Shown: positions 13,344-26,836 of the stretch, in pieces
How the letters are laid out: every line of letters begins with the position of its first letter
How positions within the stretch are numbered: position 1 is the stretch's first letter
Source of the DNA: Squalus acanthias
Lineage: Eukaryota
DNA length: 64,000 nucleotides
Direction: 5' to 3'
NCBI GenBank assembly: GCA_030390025.1
Contig: CM059432.1
Span: 120,282,001 to 120,346,000 of the forward strand
Program-made: the position numbers and the translations under genes
The notes under the pieces: model-generated
What the model was told of the DNA's origin: nothing
What the model saw: the letters and a program-made list of their open reading frames with translations, nothing else
Databases searched by the model: none

Positions 13344-15360
13344 GGGCTAAAAGTTCAACTGCGCCAAAAAGCTGGCGGTGCCATTGTGGTTCCACAGTTA
13401 ACTGCTGCCAGAATTAATCCTGTAGGCAGCACTGGTATTTTGGTGCTGCCTGCTGTTTAACATTAGTGCAGAGCTAAACTTAACCGTGTAAGGCTGGCTT
13501 TCAGGCGCTACTCACAGCAGGAGGCCCCAATGTTGCATGGCCATAGCGTCCCTGGAGCAAGAACAGCCTTCCCTTAAAGCTAGGATATCATTTTAGAAAG
13601 CAGTGTCAGTCCCTTAAAGGGGAACTGCCTTCTAAAGAGAACAAAATAAAAATCATGTAAAAATAGGCAGTTTTTAGCCCTTGGAGCTGAACTGCCTTCT
13701 GAAAAAAAAAATTAAAAGAATTCCCAAATGGGAGTCTTCAGCTCTTAAAGCTGAATTGCCTTCCGCACCTAAAAAAATGAGAAAACTGCTTCAGCATTAA
13801 CACAAATGACTCAGCAAGCTAGGGAAGGTGCACCCAGGGTCTCGCACGCAGCACTCCAGCTTTGTGCAAGGGGTCAACACTGCAAGACTGGCCCTGTACC
13901 CACAGAGGCCAGGAAGCCCTCCAGAAAGAAGGCAGTGTCATCCCCACGACCTGACTCCAGTGCCCAAAGAATCTTCATGACCACAGACCAATGGTCAAGG
14001 TCTCCTACCAACTGCACCACTAGCCTCACACACTTCTCAATGCACCACTCCCCACCCCCAATCACTCACCTACCAACAATCTGCACCAAACATGAGGCAC
14101 ACCTCCCATTCATAGCCTCAGCTTACCCCCTTGGAGAAACAGTGTAGGCCAATCTTGGGAGGGGCATGGCTGAGCCCTTGGCCAGCAGCGGGGCTGAAAG
14201 GATACAAGATGCTGGTATCCTCATACGTTATCCTCCTTCTCGCATGCACCCCTTGTTTTCCCACCCTCCACTCACCACAACTCCATCCTTTTGCCTTCCT
14301 TATTTCACACACCCAAGAAATTCAGCCTGTCCAGCCAGTGGGTCAACAAGAGGGAGGGAAGAGTGAAGAAGAAGAAGAAACAACGTCACTCGATTTGACA
14401 CTCCCAGCCACCAGCTCTTCAAAATCGACCTGCAAGACCATGTTGTAGCGATTGGGGTAGCACTGCATGACATCGCTAGGATTGGCAAAGGCACACACAA
14501 GACAGTCACTAATGGAATGCACAAGGGTGATTAGTTGATTTCTTGATGTCATATTGGATGGATTGTAACGTTTGCTTTGTGGTGGATTTTATGTCAGCAT
14601 CGTGGTCAAGAGGACGCTGTGATGGTCAGTAACAGAGGGAAGGTAAGGTGTGGGACAAATGTTGAAAGGGGAATTGGGGTTGTGGTTACCGGTATCGCAG
14701 GCGGATGATTCCATCCCAGATATTCCGGCCAGAAAGGGGCTGTCTGGGTTGCCTACTTCCTTCCGCTTCCTCCTCGTCTGCGTCTTCCTTTTCCCTGTGC
14801 GATCGGATGCTGCAAATCTGAAATAAAAGCAGGAAATGCTGGAAATACTCAATAGGTCAGGCAGCATCTCAACCTGAGACGTGAACTCTGTTTCTCTCCA
14901 AGGATGATGCCTGACCTGCTGAGCATTTCCAGCATTTTTTGTCTTCTCAAAGGCCTTCCTTTGTCATGCAAGACCTTGCAAGTGTCCAGCAGCACTCCCT
15001 GCATATTGTAAAAACTTTTAACATGTATTGCACCAAGCCACTACTTCAATAAAATATTAAAAATCCAGTCCAAAATCTTAAAAGCAAACTTACCTGAAAG
15101 ATGTGTGTGTCCCTTTAAGTAGTGCTGACAGCGTCTCTGTAGGTCTGCTGTGTGCTCACTTTTCTGAACAAACTTAGGATCCAGCGTGACGTCAACTGAC
15201 GTCACGCACTGCAGATTTGCATGTCTAGGGCCAGCGCTGCTATCGGCAATGCTGTGGCCCTCACCAAAATGGTGGCTGCTGAGACGCAAGTGAGGCGGCC
15301 GCCATTTTTTTCACGAAATGGGCCTTACCAGGTGACGGTAAGTACCTGAATTTCTAGTCC
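13344..15360 (+). mobile_element. Non-autonomous Harbinger with Myb-gene remnant
   Basis: Ends gggctaaaagttc / gaatttctagtcc. MTQQAREGAPRVSHAAL at 13806. Acidic EEEEETTSLDLT segment and gcacaagggtgattagtt motif are shared with 16105-20356. Confidence 0.7.
14805..14945. mobile_element. Penelope-like inverted terminal-repeat fragment
   Basis: aaatgctggaaatactcaataggtcaggcagcatc and its inverted copy gatgatgcctgacctgctgagcatttccagcattt; same family as 30100-32862. Confidence 0.55.
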
Positions 15361-16390
15361 TCTCTTTGGTTGGGGGATCTGTGGGTGCTATTCTATGTCA
15401 CACTACTCTGTGCTCTATCATTCTGCTGTGCGATCTCTGCTATTTCTTTTTCTAATTATGTGGAGGTGAGAGTTGATTCTGAGAGATAGAATAGACAGTG
15501 GTGATATAATTGAATGTGCTTTCATAGAATTATATAGAATTTACAGCACAGAAGCAGGCTATTTGATCCAACAGGTCTATGCTGGTGTTTATGCTCTGCA
15601 CGAGCCTCCTCCAGCTCTACTTCATCTGACCCTATCTGCATATTCTTCGATTCCTTTCTCCCTCATGTACTTATCTAGATTCCCCTGCTTGGATTCAGAT
15701 ATTGTAACTGGATAGTATAAGGTTACTTATTTGCATCTTGTTCAAAGAAAAATTACTGACTTGGGTTTCAATTGGAAAATAAAGGAGCAGATTAGCAATG
15801 TTTCTGTTTTATTGCTTTTGTGAAATTTGTGTGAAGCATGAACTAAACACTTCACCGGCCTAGAGGGAGTTGTATCTTGTTCCTAACTTATCACTGTTTC
15901 TCAGTACTGAGTAAAACAAGACAATAAGCTCAAGCCTTGTTTGTGCTTCTATTAGTTTGTTCAGCTCAAGGTTTTAGAGTTATCTCAATAACATGAGAAT
16001 TGTTGATGAATTTGCATATTTCAGTATGTACAGCTTTATGTTATTTAACCCCCTAAAAACAATGCAGCCTTCCTCTATTTCAGAAGGCCAACTTTTGGCA
16101 TATTGGCCTAGAAAGTGGATATGGCCACAAAACAGGTAACGCCCCACCGATGTTAAGCTGCTCCAGGTCAAAATGGTCCAGGTAGCACACAAAATTCCTG
16201 CTCAGTCCTCATTAACTTGATTGCAGTCTTGATTTCAGCGCTAAAACCGCTGCTCATTAGTTTAATGTTCAACAGGTGGCCCAATATCGGGGCCAGTCTA
16301 ACTCCCAGTCATGTGTGCCACAGGTTTTATTCACTACTTAAAGGAGAGGTGCATTGATGCTACAGCAGCTCATTGTCAATCAAGTTGGAG

Positions 16391-16447
16391 GAAGAAGAAG
16401 AAGAAGAAGAAGAAGAAGAAGAAGAAGAAGAAGAAGAAGAAGAAGAA
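16391..16447 (+). repeat. (GAA)19 microsatellite
   Basis: Perfect GAA run ending 2 nt before the ATG at 16450. Confidence 0.95.
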
Positions 16448-16449
16448 GC

Positions 16450-18339
16450 ATGGCAGAGCATCCTCAAAGGGAGAGAGCCTGGAGATATCCTGACACCGCT
16501 CTGGAGGCACTGGTTGTGGCCATGGAGAGGAGGTGGGCTGTCCTCTTCCCACACACTGGAAGAAAGCCCTCGCCACACACCTCCCGAAGGCAGTGGCAGG
16601 AGATAACCACCCATGGGATGGTCAGCACTGTGGTCCCAAGGTCAGCCATCTAGTGTCGAAAGAAGTTTAATGACCTCACACGAGTGGTCAAGGTGAGTGA
16701 AGGCTTCAGCAAATAACATATCCCACCATCTTCACCACAAGCCTCACACACTGCTCAATGCACCACACCCCCAGCACTCACCTACCAATAATCTCTACCT
16801 ATCACCACTCAGACCTCACAATCAGAGCTTCACTTCACCCTCACAACCTTACCACTGCTGCAACACTCACACTCACATTTCACACCTTGCACACACTGAC
16901 AGCTATTCAACTATGGCAGGCACATCACCCAAACACATTGCACCACACTCACTCACACACTTTTCTTTCTCTTGCAGGCCAAGGTCACACATAACCACCA
17001 GGAGCAGTGGCAGACAGGCGGGGGGTAAGCTGCCATCCAGGACATCAGCCAGCTGGAGGAGAGAGTTCTGGAAATAATTGGGCGGCAGATCGTAGAGGCT
17101 ATGGCAACCATCGAGGTTGAACCTCTTGGGGACAACAACGGTATGGTCATTCTTACTCCTTCTCTCACATCTCACTTCCCCCTCATCCCACAATCTCTTC
17201 TCACTTTCAAGCTACTGCTGCTGTATGCTTGGATATCTTGCTTCCTCCCCCGCCCCTAACCACCAACCCCTCCTCACCATAACCCAACTCTTGTGCCTTT
17301 CTGCTTTCAAATAATCAACAGGAAGCACCGGAGCAGCCTGTCCCCGAGGTGATGCAGGAGAGAGAGGGGGGAGAAGAAGAGGAAGAAGACACAGTGTCAC
17401 TGCATCTGTCACTCGCAGACACCAGCTCAGAAACTGGCACTGCACGTACTTCAAAGGCTAGTGTAGAAGCGGGATCTACACAGGGTGAGGCACTGGGCAT
17501 GAGTGGGCTGCAGCAAGGCCAGGGGGAAAGGGTAGCTCAGGGGCCAGCTCCCCGGAGGGTGAGTTCGCGCGCGAGTTCTGCTGCACAGGACTCAGATGAG
17601 GACCTTGATGGGGCGGCCTTCAGAAGAAGGGTGATGGGCATGCACACAGAATTGCTAGGTGCAATGGCAAGGGTGCCCGAGAGCCTCTTGGCAATGTCAA
17701 GGAGCGTGGAGGATTCGGACTCCAACATTGCACGGGGCGTTGCGCAGAGCTTGGAGCCCAGGATTTCCAGGCTGGAAATGATGGAAGACACCCGAAGAGA
17801 CTGTGTCGACCCAGATGTGATGGTGCATGTGATAGGTGATGTCGCGGATGCCATTGCAGCACAGGCGGAAGCGACCCAACGTTTTACTGCTGCAGTGGAA
17901 GTGCAGACCGCTCTCATGCAGTCTCTGCTTGGTGCCATCCAAATTCAAACCGCTGTCATGCAGTGTCAGCTTGCTGCCACCCAAGCTTAGACTGCTGCCA
18001 TCGTGGCTCGGTCTACCAGTGTCGACCGGGACTTGCAGGGTGTCACAGCAGCCCAGCAATCTGTGCTCCAACAGATTGCTAGGAATGCGGAGGAGCCGCC
18101 CTGATGGAGTAACAGTGGGTCAGTGGAGCAGGACACTGTTGTCCTCTCTCAGGATGACAGCATTCCTGTTCCCACTACTGCCACTCTGCCATTCTTCTGG
18201 GGCCAGAGCTGCTCGAGGTCGTCCTGCAAGGCCATCTGAAGTCTCCCCCATGGTAACGCAGCAGTCTTCCACCAACCATGCTGCAGCCACTGGGGGAGTA
18301 CTTTGTAGGAGCACTAGGACAGGAAAGGGTACAGAATAA
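16450..18339 (+). pseudogene. Harbinger Myb/SANT-like DNA-binding protein pseudogene, 3 exons (16450-16692, 16978-17140, ~17311-18339)
   Basis: RERAWRYPDTALEALV..W..I..*CRKKFNDL; donor GTGAGT at 16693; acceptor ttgcag at 16977; AKVTHN..TGGG; donor GTATGG at 17141. In-frame stops at 16651 and 17988. Confidence 0.8.
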
Positions 18340-18547
18340 CAGGCACTAAGGGATTGCACAGGGGTGATTAGTTCATATCGTTACTGTAAATATGTGTGAA
18401 GTAATTTTTGATAAATTTATTAATTTTGATAAAATCTTTTGTGGTGTCTCTCATTTCAGCTTTGTGCCCAGGAGGAGGCTGTGATATTCCGTGACAGAGG
18501 GATGGTATGATGGGGATGTGGCGAGCAACGGGAATCTGGGGTTTCAT

Positions 18548-19800
18548 TCACTGGAATCGGAGTCTGATGAGGCGTTCACGGACAGCCTTTCTGGAAGGGG
18601 GATTAGCTGCCTGCCTCCTCCCTCCCTCCTCATCCTTTTCCTCTTCCTCCTCCTCCTCTCCCTTGTCCTCCTCCTGAGGTGGTCCTGCAATCCCTGGTGG
18701 CAAGGGCTGTGCCCTCATGATGGCCAAGTTGTGAAGCATGCAGCAGACCACCACGAAATGGGCCACCCACTCCGGTGTGTACTGGAGGGCTCCTCTCGAG
18801 TGGTTAAGGCAGCGGAACTGTCACTTCAATAGCCCGGTGGGCTGCTCGGTGATGTTCCTGGTGGCAGCATGGCTGTCATTATATGAGCGCTGGGGACGAG
18901 TGCTGGGGTTGCCGAGGGGAGTCATGAGCCAGGTGGAGAGCGGATAGCCCTTGTCTCTGAGCAGCCACCCACATGTTCGCTGTGGTGGCTGGAATATTGC
19001 TGGCATAGGATGAAGGCATCATAGCTGCTGCCAGGATAGCGGGCATTGACCATCAGGATGCACTGGGCATGGTCGCACAACAACTGCACATGGAGTGGTA
19101 GCCTTTGCGGTTACAGAAGATCTCAGGATTGTTATACAGTGCCCGCAATGCCACGTGTGTGCAGTCGATGGTGCCCTGCACGATGGGGAAGCCTGATATC
19201 CTGGCAAAGCCACATGCGCACTCATCCTGCTTCTCTCTGCTCAGAGTGAAGGCAACGTAATCACTTCTCCTGGTGTAGTGAACCTCAGTGGCCTCCTGGA
19301 TGCAGTGATGGACAGCGAACTGGGAGATGTGGCCTGGTCCTGCTCCTGCTTCTTGTGTTCTTTAGAGTTGAGGTTGGATCAGATCAGCCATGATCTCATT
19401 GAATGGCGGAGCAGGCTCGAGGGGCCGATTGGTCTACTCCTGCTCCTAGTTCTTATGTTCTTATGTTAGCTATGTCTCCTGCTGCAGACTGGAAGGATCC
19501 ACTGGCGAAGAAATTGAGGGCCACGATGACCTTGACTGCCACTGGGAGAGCCGTGTTCGCCCTGCTCTCAGTCTGCAGGTCTGGTTGCAGGCGATGGCAG
19601 AGTTCTGTGACCACTCCTTGGTGAAGCGGAAACTCCGAATACACTGCTCGTCGCTTAAGTGGATATAAGAGAAGTGCTCTCGGAAGGTCCTTGGTGGGTG
19701 AGGCCTACTGTTGAGAGCCCTCCTGGCCCTCCTCCTCCTCCCTCTGCGTGCATTTTCTCATCTTCTTTGCGGCCTCTGCTCCCTCCCCCTAAGATACTCG
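18548..19800 (-). pseudogene. Harbinger DDE transposase (HARBI1-like) pseudogene
   Basis: ALPVAVKVIVALNFFASGSFQ, GWLLRDKGYPLSTWLMTP, YNDSHAATRNITEQ..GLLK, VVCCMLHNLA; frameshifted. Confidence 0.9.
19362..19468 (+). mobile_element. CR1 3'-terminal fragment inserted in the transposase
   Basis: gatcagccatgatctcattgaatggcggagcaggctcgagggg...ttcttatgttcttatgtt matches the tails ending at 6718 and 57503. Confidence 0.85.
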
Positions 19801-21139
19801 AGTGCGAGGGGGACTGCAAGTAGAGCCCTCGTGACTGTGAGCAAGTGTTGTGAGCAGAAGCCATTAAATAAGAATGAAGGCATTCTCCACTTGCAGCATA
19901 ACTCCCTTTTACCTTAGAACCTTCAAAGAAGTTAATAAAGTTGCTGGAGTTGCAGAAAGTTGCACAGAGCCAGTTAAACTTCAGAAACATGTCAGCTTCA
20001 AGTAGTTGCTGATGATCCCTTTAAATGCCGCTGCTGGAGCCTCCTTCCTGCTCGTCGACGCTTGATCAGTTCGTAGCACTTAAGAAATGCTGGGAAGTGA
20101 AGCGGCAGAGTCGAAACTCGCAGATCGGGCGTCAAGTAAGTGTTGCACACTCACTGACATCACGATCTGCATCATCTACATAATTTTGGCAAGCACTGAC
20201 ATCAGCAGTGCTGCCGGCCATCCGAGAATGACGGCCGCTGCGGGCCCCGCCGGCAGCGAGCGGAAGAGCGGCGGCCGCCATTTTTTCCCCCGAATCTGGC
20301 GATAACGGGTAGCGCTTAACCACCCCCCGCCCCCCCCGCCCCCCGAATTTCTTGGCTGCTGTATTCTTTTACTGTTACCTCAGTACTATGTGAAATCTTT
20401 GGTGAATTTGTACTGGTTGCAATGTAAAGACAAATGTTCCTGTGTCAGTTTAAGGCTGTTACTCTAAATCAAAAACATTAATATTGTCCCTTCAACCTTC
20501 ACCAGGCTGCGACAGACAAAAGGTGATAGCTGAAGCACAACAATTTATTTTGATTTACATTTAAAGCAAACTTGCTGTCAGGCAGTTGGAAATCAGTTTA
20601 GTTTGTGACTGAACTCTTAACTAATGGCATCACTCAGCCCGAGGCACAATTCTTGGTGTTAACACAGCACATTATAGAAGTTCTATTACCTTTCAATGGA
20701 ACAAAACTGTTGTATGTTAATACAGTGAAGAGAAGTAATTCAACCATTCATTCTGTAAATTGTATGAACATCACGATCTTATTTTTCCTCATGTTTTGTT
20801 TCTGGTGTTGCTAGCACGGTAGCCTTGAGATTACAGCCTGTGAACATTAGCATACAAATGCTTGGCACATTGTTGTGCCTTTCCTATATCAACTATTTCA
20901 AAATAGGCACCAACCAGTTTAAAATAAATGTGTCAATGCCTCTGCTAAAATAGTGGGCATCGGAATGTGTTACGTGTTCTCCACAGCATAATTTCAAGGC
21001 CATACTCTGGCAGTTCAACTATGGAGCAGTACATTTAATAAGAGAAGTTGAATCAACGATTGCCTGAAACTGTATAACATTGTTTGCAGGTATGATAAGT
21101 ATGGTTGAGAGCAGTAATTGTTAACAGTGACTCTATACT

Positions 21140-21884
21140 GCGAGTAGGCAGCGGGGAGGGGGAGGTGGGGGAGGTGGGGGGAAGGGGCTAAAAAGTGGTC
21201 GGGAAAGCCGGGAGAACGGGTTCCCCACAGACGCTGCCAAATTTAACGGCAGGGCCTGATTAACATTTCAAAGCTCTGTTTCCATCTGCAGCCTGCGGCA
21301 CTAGGATGCAGAGAGGAGGGACAGAGGGATCGGGGTGGGGTGGGGAATGGTGAGAATCGGGGCCGAAGGATGATTGGGCAGATGAATCAGGGCTGGAGGA
21401 TGATTGGGGGGTGGTTGGGGGCCGGAGGAACATCGGGGCCGGCAGGGGGAGGCCGGGAAGGTGATCAGGGGCCGTAGGGGTGAAGTCGGGAGGAGATCGG
21501 AGGCCTCGTGTGGGGGGATCGGAAGGGTCGGGGGGGTGTCCGATCGTGGGAGGTGGGTGAGGCAGGGACGCTGGATCCAGCAGGTAAGTGGAAAGGCACT
21601 TCCATCCTGGATCCAGAAGTCCTCGCCTTACTTTAGCTGGCAGGCTCCTCGAAGCCCGGGAAACCCGACCAGCCAGAGTTAAATTTGAAATGGTGGATCA
21701 CCATGAGGCACAGAGCCTCATTATAATATTTAAATGGTCGACTGGCCTCCTGGGAGTGGATTGGCTGCCCGGCCACCGTCTCGCCTCTGTTAGAGGAGGG
21801 TTGGGGTCAGGATTCAGTTTTTTTTAACTCTTTAACGTCCCACCCGACCACAACCCTCCCGATTTTTGGGGTTAAAATTCCCCC
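21140..21884. mobile_element. G-rich MITE (family C)
   Basis: End cccgacc...ggggttaaaattccccc; similar to 51640-52260 and (inverted) 54770-55290. Confidence 0.6.
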
Positions 21885-21938
21885 AATTGTGTCACGGCCA
21901 TTGATGGAAAACATTATGAGACACATTTTAAACACACA

Positions 21939-22216
21939 GGGCTGGATTTTGTCTTGAGGTCGGTTTGGGGTTGTGTAATCCGCATTTCGTGTTTCCCCCT
22001 GACTCCAGATTATGTGGTTGAATTATGCAATTTTCACTTAATTGGGCAATTGAGTTCCAGCATGTGGGAACCCATGAAACAATTAGTGGTTTCAGTCTGA
22101 AAGTCGTCTCTGATGATGTCATCATTGCTGACTGCCTAGTCTCAGAGACTGTTGGTGAGAGAGGACCTGCCTGGCTTGCTTTTGATGTGAGTGGAAATGG
22201 ATGTGAAATATGGGGG

Positions 22217-22256
<40 letters not shown>

Positions 22257-22691
22257 GCATCCAAGTCCTCTCACAGCAAAGGCCATGTCTCTGAACACAT
22301 TCAATGCAGCAGCGGCGACTTTCAGACCTAATACTACTACTACTACCTTCATCACATCTCCGTTGTAATTGTGGACCTGCAGGTGATAGTCAGCTGTCCA
22401 CTTGTGCTCCCGCCAGGTTTCACTGGAGTGTTTCACACCAGGCGTACTTCACGTCAGAAAAGGGTTAAACTAGCTAAAACGTTTCAAAATGGCATTACAG
22501 AGCCAATTTAGAGCTTGTTAAGGGCTTTAATGGCCTCTCCCACCTCTTGAAGGAGGGACGGAGTCGGGAACCCCGCGACTGATTTGTCAAAATTGCATGG
22601 AGTCGGGATGGGGTCGGAAACCCCGACCCCGCAAATTTAACCCCCCACACGCCTCCAAACCCGACTCCATGGGTCATTCAAAATCCAGCCC
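21939..22691. mobile_element. Harbinger-type MITE (family B)
   Basis: TIR gggctggattttg / caaaatccagccc; 3-bp TSD ACA. Confidence 0.9.
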
Positions 22692-22734
22692 ACAGAATAC
22701 TGTTGTAAAGGTAAGTTTAATGTTTTCCTTGTAA

Positions 22735-23612
22735 AGGAAGAAATGTTTTGCATTTCTATAGCTCATTTCACATGTTTCAAAGTGGTTTACAGCCAATGAA
22801 TTACTTTTGAAGTGCAGTTACGATACGAGACTCCCAAAACAAGCGCTCTACTCAGAGCTCCGACACGGCAAGAGAGCCCCAGGTGGGCAGAGGAAATGCT
22901 TCAAGGACACCCTCAAAGCCTCCTTGAAAAAGTGCAACATCCCCACCGACACCTGGGAATCCCTGGCCCAAGACCACACAAAGTGGAGGAGAAGCATCTG
23001 GGAAGGTGCCGAACACCTCGAGTCTCTTCGCCGGGAGCAAGCGGAAGCCAAGCGCAAACAGCGGAAGGAGCGCACGTCAACCCAAGCACCCCACCCACCT
23101 GCCCCTTCAACCATCGTCTGCCCCACCTGTGACAGAGACTGTAGGTCTCGCATTGGACTCATCAGTCACCTGAGAACTCATTTTTAGTGTGGAAGCAAGT
23201 CATCCTCGGTTCCGAGGGACTGCCTAAGAAGAAGCAGAAGAAGAAGAAGAAGACTGTTGTTTCGTAGGCAAACGCTGCAATCAATTTACACACAACAAAG
23301 TCCCTCAAACAGCAATGTCAATTTAATCTGTTTTTGATGGTGTTGATTGAGGGACCATGTAGGCCAGAATACCAGGAGAACTCCTCTGGAATTCTTCGAA
23401 TAGTGCCATGGAAACTTTTACATTCACCTGAATAGGCAGACCTTCTCTTGGTTTAGCACTTCATTTGAAAGGTGGTGTCTCCAACAATGCAGCACTACCT
23501 CAGTATGGCACTGAAGAGTCAGTTTAGATTATGTGCTCACTTTCTAGAGTGGGGCTTGAACCCACAACCTTCTGATTCAGAGGTGAGAGGGCTACCACTG
23601 AGCCAAAACTGA
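22735..23612 (-). mobile_element. DeuSINE/SacSINE1-like SINE interrupted by an RTE fragment
   Basis: tRNA-like head (rc of ccactgagcc and ttgaaccc) at 23555-23605; body aligns to 35983-36432. Confidence 0.8.
22819..23252 (+). mobile_element. RTE-clade LINE 3' end
   Basis: RLPKQALYSEL..GKRAPGGQRKCFKDTLK..CPTCDRDCRSRIGLISHLRTH; (AAG)n tail. Confidence 0.9.
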
Positions 23613-25769
23613 TGCCTCCACAAACTACCAATAAAATTGTAGACAGACGATCATGCAGAATTTGCGGTCGGTATGACGGCGCACTCTGAGTATGCCGTCA
23701 TACCGCCTTTGAAATGGACAGCAAGTTCAGGATTTCCGCATGTGCTGCACATGTGCTAAATCCCGAACCCGCGATCTGTCAAGTTCTGACTTGACAGATC
23801 ATCCGCTGCGACACTGAAATCCTAATTTGGCACAGAGTTGGGCTAATTGCCCAGCAATTACGCATGAAAATTTTATGGTTGGTGCACAGGTGCAGGAGCC
23901 TGTTTGCCTACCATACTTGAGAATTCTACAAATTTGAGCGATATCCTTATTTGTAGTGCCAGAAAATAATACTCTGATAGCTTTAGTTTTAAGTGGGTCC
24001 ACAAGTTGTGCGGCTTTCTTGCGAGGAACAGACACTTTCAAAGTTGCGGTCATCCTCCTGCCAGCTTTTCACAAGCAATTAGTTTTGGTGACAGTAAACC
24101 GACAAATATATTTCTGCTAATTTCTGTACGTTGTTAAACAGTTTGTCATTTTGGAAAGCCTTTCTGAAATGGTCCAACTGGATGTGGCTGTGATTAAACA
24201 CTGCAATGTTGATACCTGTAACCCCAATACTTATAAGACGTTAGCAACCCATCAAGGAGATCGAAGCGTCAGTCTTAAATTGATCCAAATATGTGTCCAA
24301 CTTTCATTACACTCAAATCGTCTGTAAATTAATGAAAGAATGCAAGGGTCATAGAATAATGGGGGAGAATGAGAGACCTTCTGTTTGTTGATTGGAGCAC
24401 CGGCCCATGTGATCCCAGGTACGCTTATGTACACGGTGCGCCCCTGGGATCCGTGGGCCACTACGCTGCCCTCTACTCCGCAGTGTCTGACAGCAACTTC
24501 TCGGAGGTATGTTCCAGCAGGTAAGTGCGCATTCCGTTTGGATGCCGGCGGCGTAACGAAGGATTACGCCGTCGACCACAAAATCAGGGCCCTTGTGAAT
24601 GCGTTAGTTGCTAATACTTGCATTGTCCCATTTTGCGTATGGGGTACCTGTTAAAGAACATGCTATGAAGAAACTGGAAGAAAAAGACTATTCCACATCA
24701 ATTTCCTAGTTAATTATTCTTTGCAAATCTCCCCCCTTCTGCCCACATACTCGGAGCAGAAAGCTGGACTGTCAGGGAGAGTGGGTTTCAGAATCAATGC
24801 CACAATATTGTAGCCTTCTCCCAGAGGGCACCGGGGAAAACTGCAGACAGGAAGTTAGGTTTGTCTATTAATTTTTTTTCCCTCCCTGCCCCCCTCTTCC
24901 CACCAGACCCACATTCCCGGTTAGTGCAGCTTCCCACTGGGAGCACAGGAGCTCAGATTTACCCTTTAAAAATGCAATTGGATTTAACATTAGCAAAACT
25001 ACTTTTCCAATCGAACTTGAGGCCATCAATATGTTTTGTATTAGGTACAGTATGGAGATATATATAGCTTGTTATGCCTTTTGATATAGAGAGGCTGACT
25101 TTCCTAGCCCACCCTCTAACCCTGTACTGGACAGGAGCAAGTTCCAGGAGTGCCCCTTATTTCCTGCCCTAGGCCATTAATATGGTCTGGGGGCATCCCA
25201 GCACATGGCGCCCCCTGGCAGGGCCCAGTACTGGCAAAAGGGGAAGGAAATTTGAATGCAGCTGCAGGCCTGAGAGATCAGGCTCTTCTGGTTGCCGTTC
25301 TTCAGCAGCAGCCCGAGGTTTCCGATTATCTATAAATATCCTGGAGGGGGGCAGGGAGGGAAAAAAAATGAATAGACAAACCTAACTTCCTGTCTGCAGT
25401 TTGCCCCGGTGCCCTCCGATTGGTGGGGGTCTGGGAGCAGGTCATAGAACCATATTTTACTGAGCACTAAAACATTACACCAAAGAAAGGCGGGACCTAA
25501 TAAATATGAGGAATACACATCGGCCCCGATATTTACGGGGAGGGAGCGGGGGAGCCTGTCAGTGGCCGGGAAACCTGAAAATGGCGGGAATGCGGAGGTC
25601 ATGCCGGCAGGACCGCATTAGAATTTCTTTACTCTATCTCCTGCCCGATCGCAGTGGGAGAGACATCGCTGGGGTGGGGTGGGGGGGGGTGTTGGGGTGC
25701 GGTTCAAGAGATTGTGAGGAGGGGGTGTCTGGAGATCAAGGGGAGGTCGGCAGATTGCGCCAAGTTTCC

Positions 25770-26000
25770 CCTCCAAGCCACACACCATCCTGACTTGGAA
25801 ATACATCGCTGATCCTTCATCATCGCTGAGTCAAAATGCTGGAACTCCCTCCCTAACAGCACTGTGGGAGTACCTTCACCACACGGACTGCTGCGGTTCA
25901 AGAAGGGGGCTCACCACCATCTTCTGAAGGGCAATTAGGGATGGGCAATAAATGCTGGCCTTGCCAGCGACGCCCACATCCTATAAACAAATAAAAAAAT
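25770..26000 (+). mobile_element. 3' end of the LINE family at 39036-42188
   Basis: ttcaagaagggggctcaccaccatcttc...gccagcgacgcccacatcc followed by an A-rich tail; matches rc of 39050-39270. Confidence 0.85.
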
Positions 26001-26836
26001 ATATATCAATATTAATGATTTACTGTAGGCGTCTACGTTTGATTTTATTCTGTGATTACTTATGTATCCTAACTTATAATAGCTGCAGGTTAAGGTTGTC
26101 AACATCACTGCATTGTTAAACAGATCATGTGCCTTTTATTGTAATAATTTTGCGACTGCCTATAGGACTGCCTGTAGGAGCATATGGTAACACGATGCAG
26201 GTCCTTTTCCTTTCCTGATATCCAGCCCTTATTTAGCATTTTTTTTTTTACAGCTACTCTTACTTTTTACCATGAATATTTATATACAGTTTGAAAAATT
26301 CCCTTGCCCTTGGTGTCATTGAAATGGAACTCCTTCCAGAGATGCAAGTCACCTTGATTTTGATGACTCCAGTGAAGTGTCCAGGAACAATCATAACTCA
26401 GCAACACCAAAGTCAAGGAAAACTTTGAAATCACAGGGAATCCATCAGAGTGCAAAAAAATGCCTCTCTTGGCTGCATGTATATACACGCTTCATAGCAG
26501 TCCATTGATCTGGTATTAGCAGCCAGTGGTACAATAAGGTGCATTGTATAAGTGAGTTCCTCTGTGAGCACAGCTAAGATCTTTGCTCTACAGTTCACTT
26601 ACATTGCAGAAACACTGTAGTTTAGATCGACATTGCCTTCCTCACTATGGGACGGAAATTCTACTCGGCAATATTTGTATTGCGTTGGCTCACACGTTTG
26701 CGTCCAATTCCTACGTTGCCTTTTTTAACAAAGTTGTTAACCTGTATAATTTTAACAGAATGAATTGCCTCTTTGAAAATAGAAGCCGTATTAACCAACC
26801 CAATAAATATTGCACTGCAAAATGTTAAACTATATA

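Larger units (their letters stand above)
16105..20356. mobile_element. Decayed autonomous-type PIF/Harbinger transposon (convergent Myb and transposase genes)
   Basis: Myb/SANT gene on +, DDE transposase on -, decayed TIR-like ends ggcctagaaagt / aatttcttggc. Confidence 0.85.

Noticed and set aside
16311..16614. Poly-K/R/E/S/F ORFs
   Set aside because: These are translations of the (GAA)19 microsatellite.
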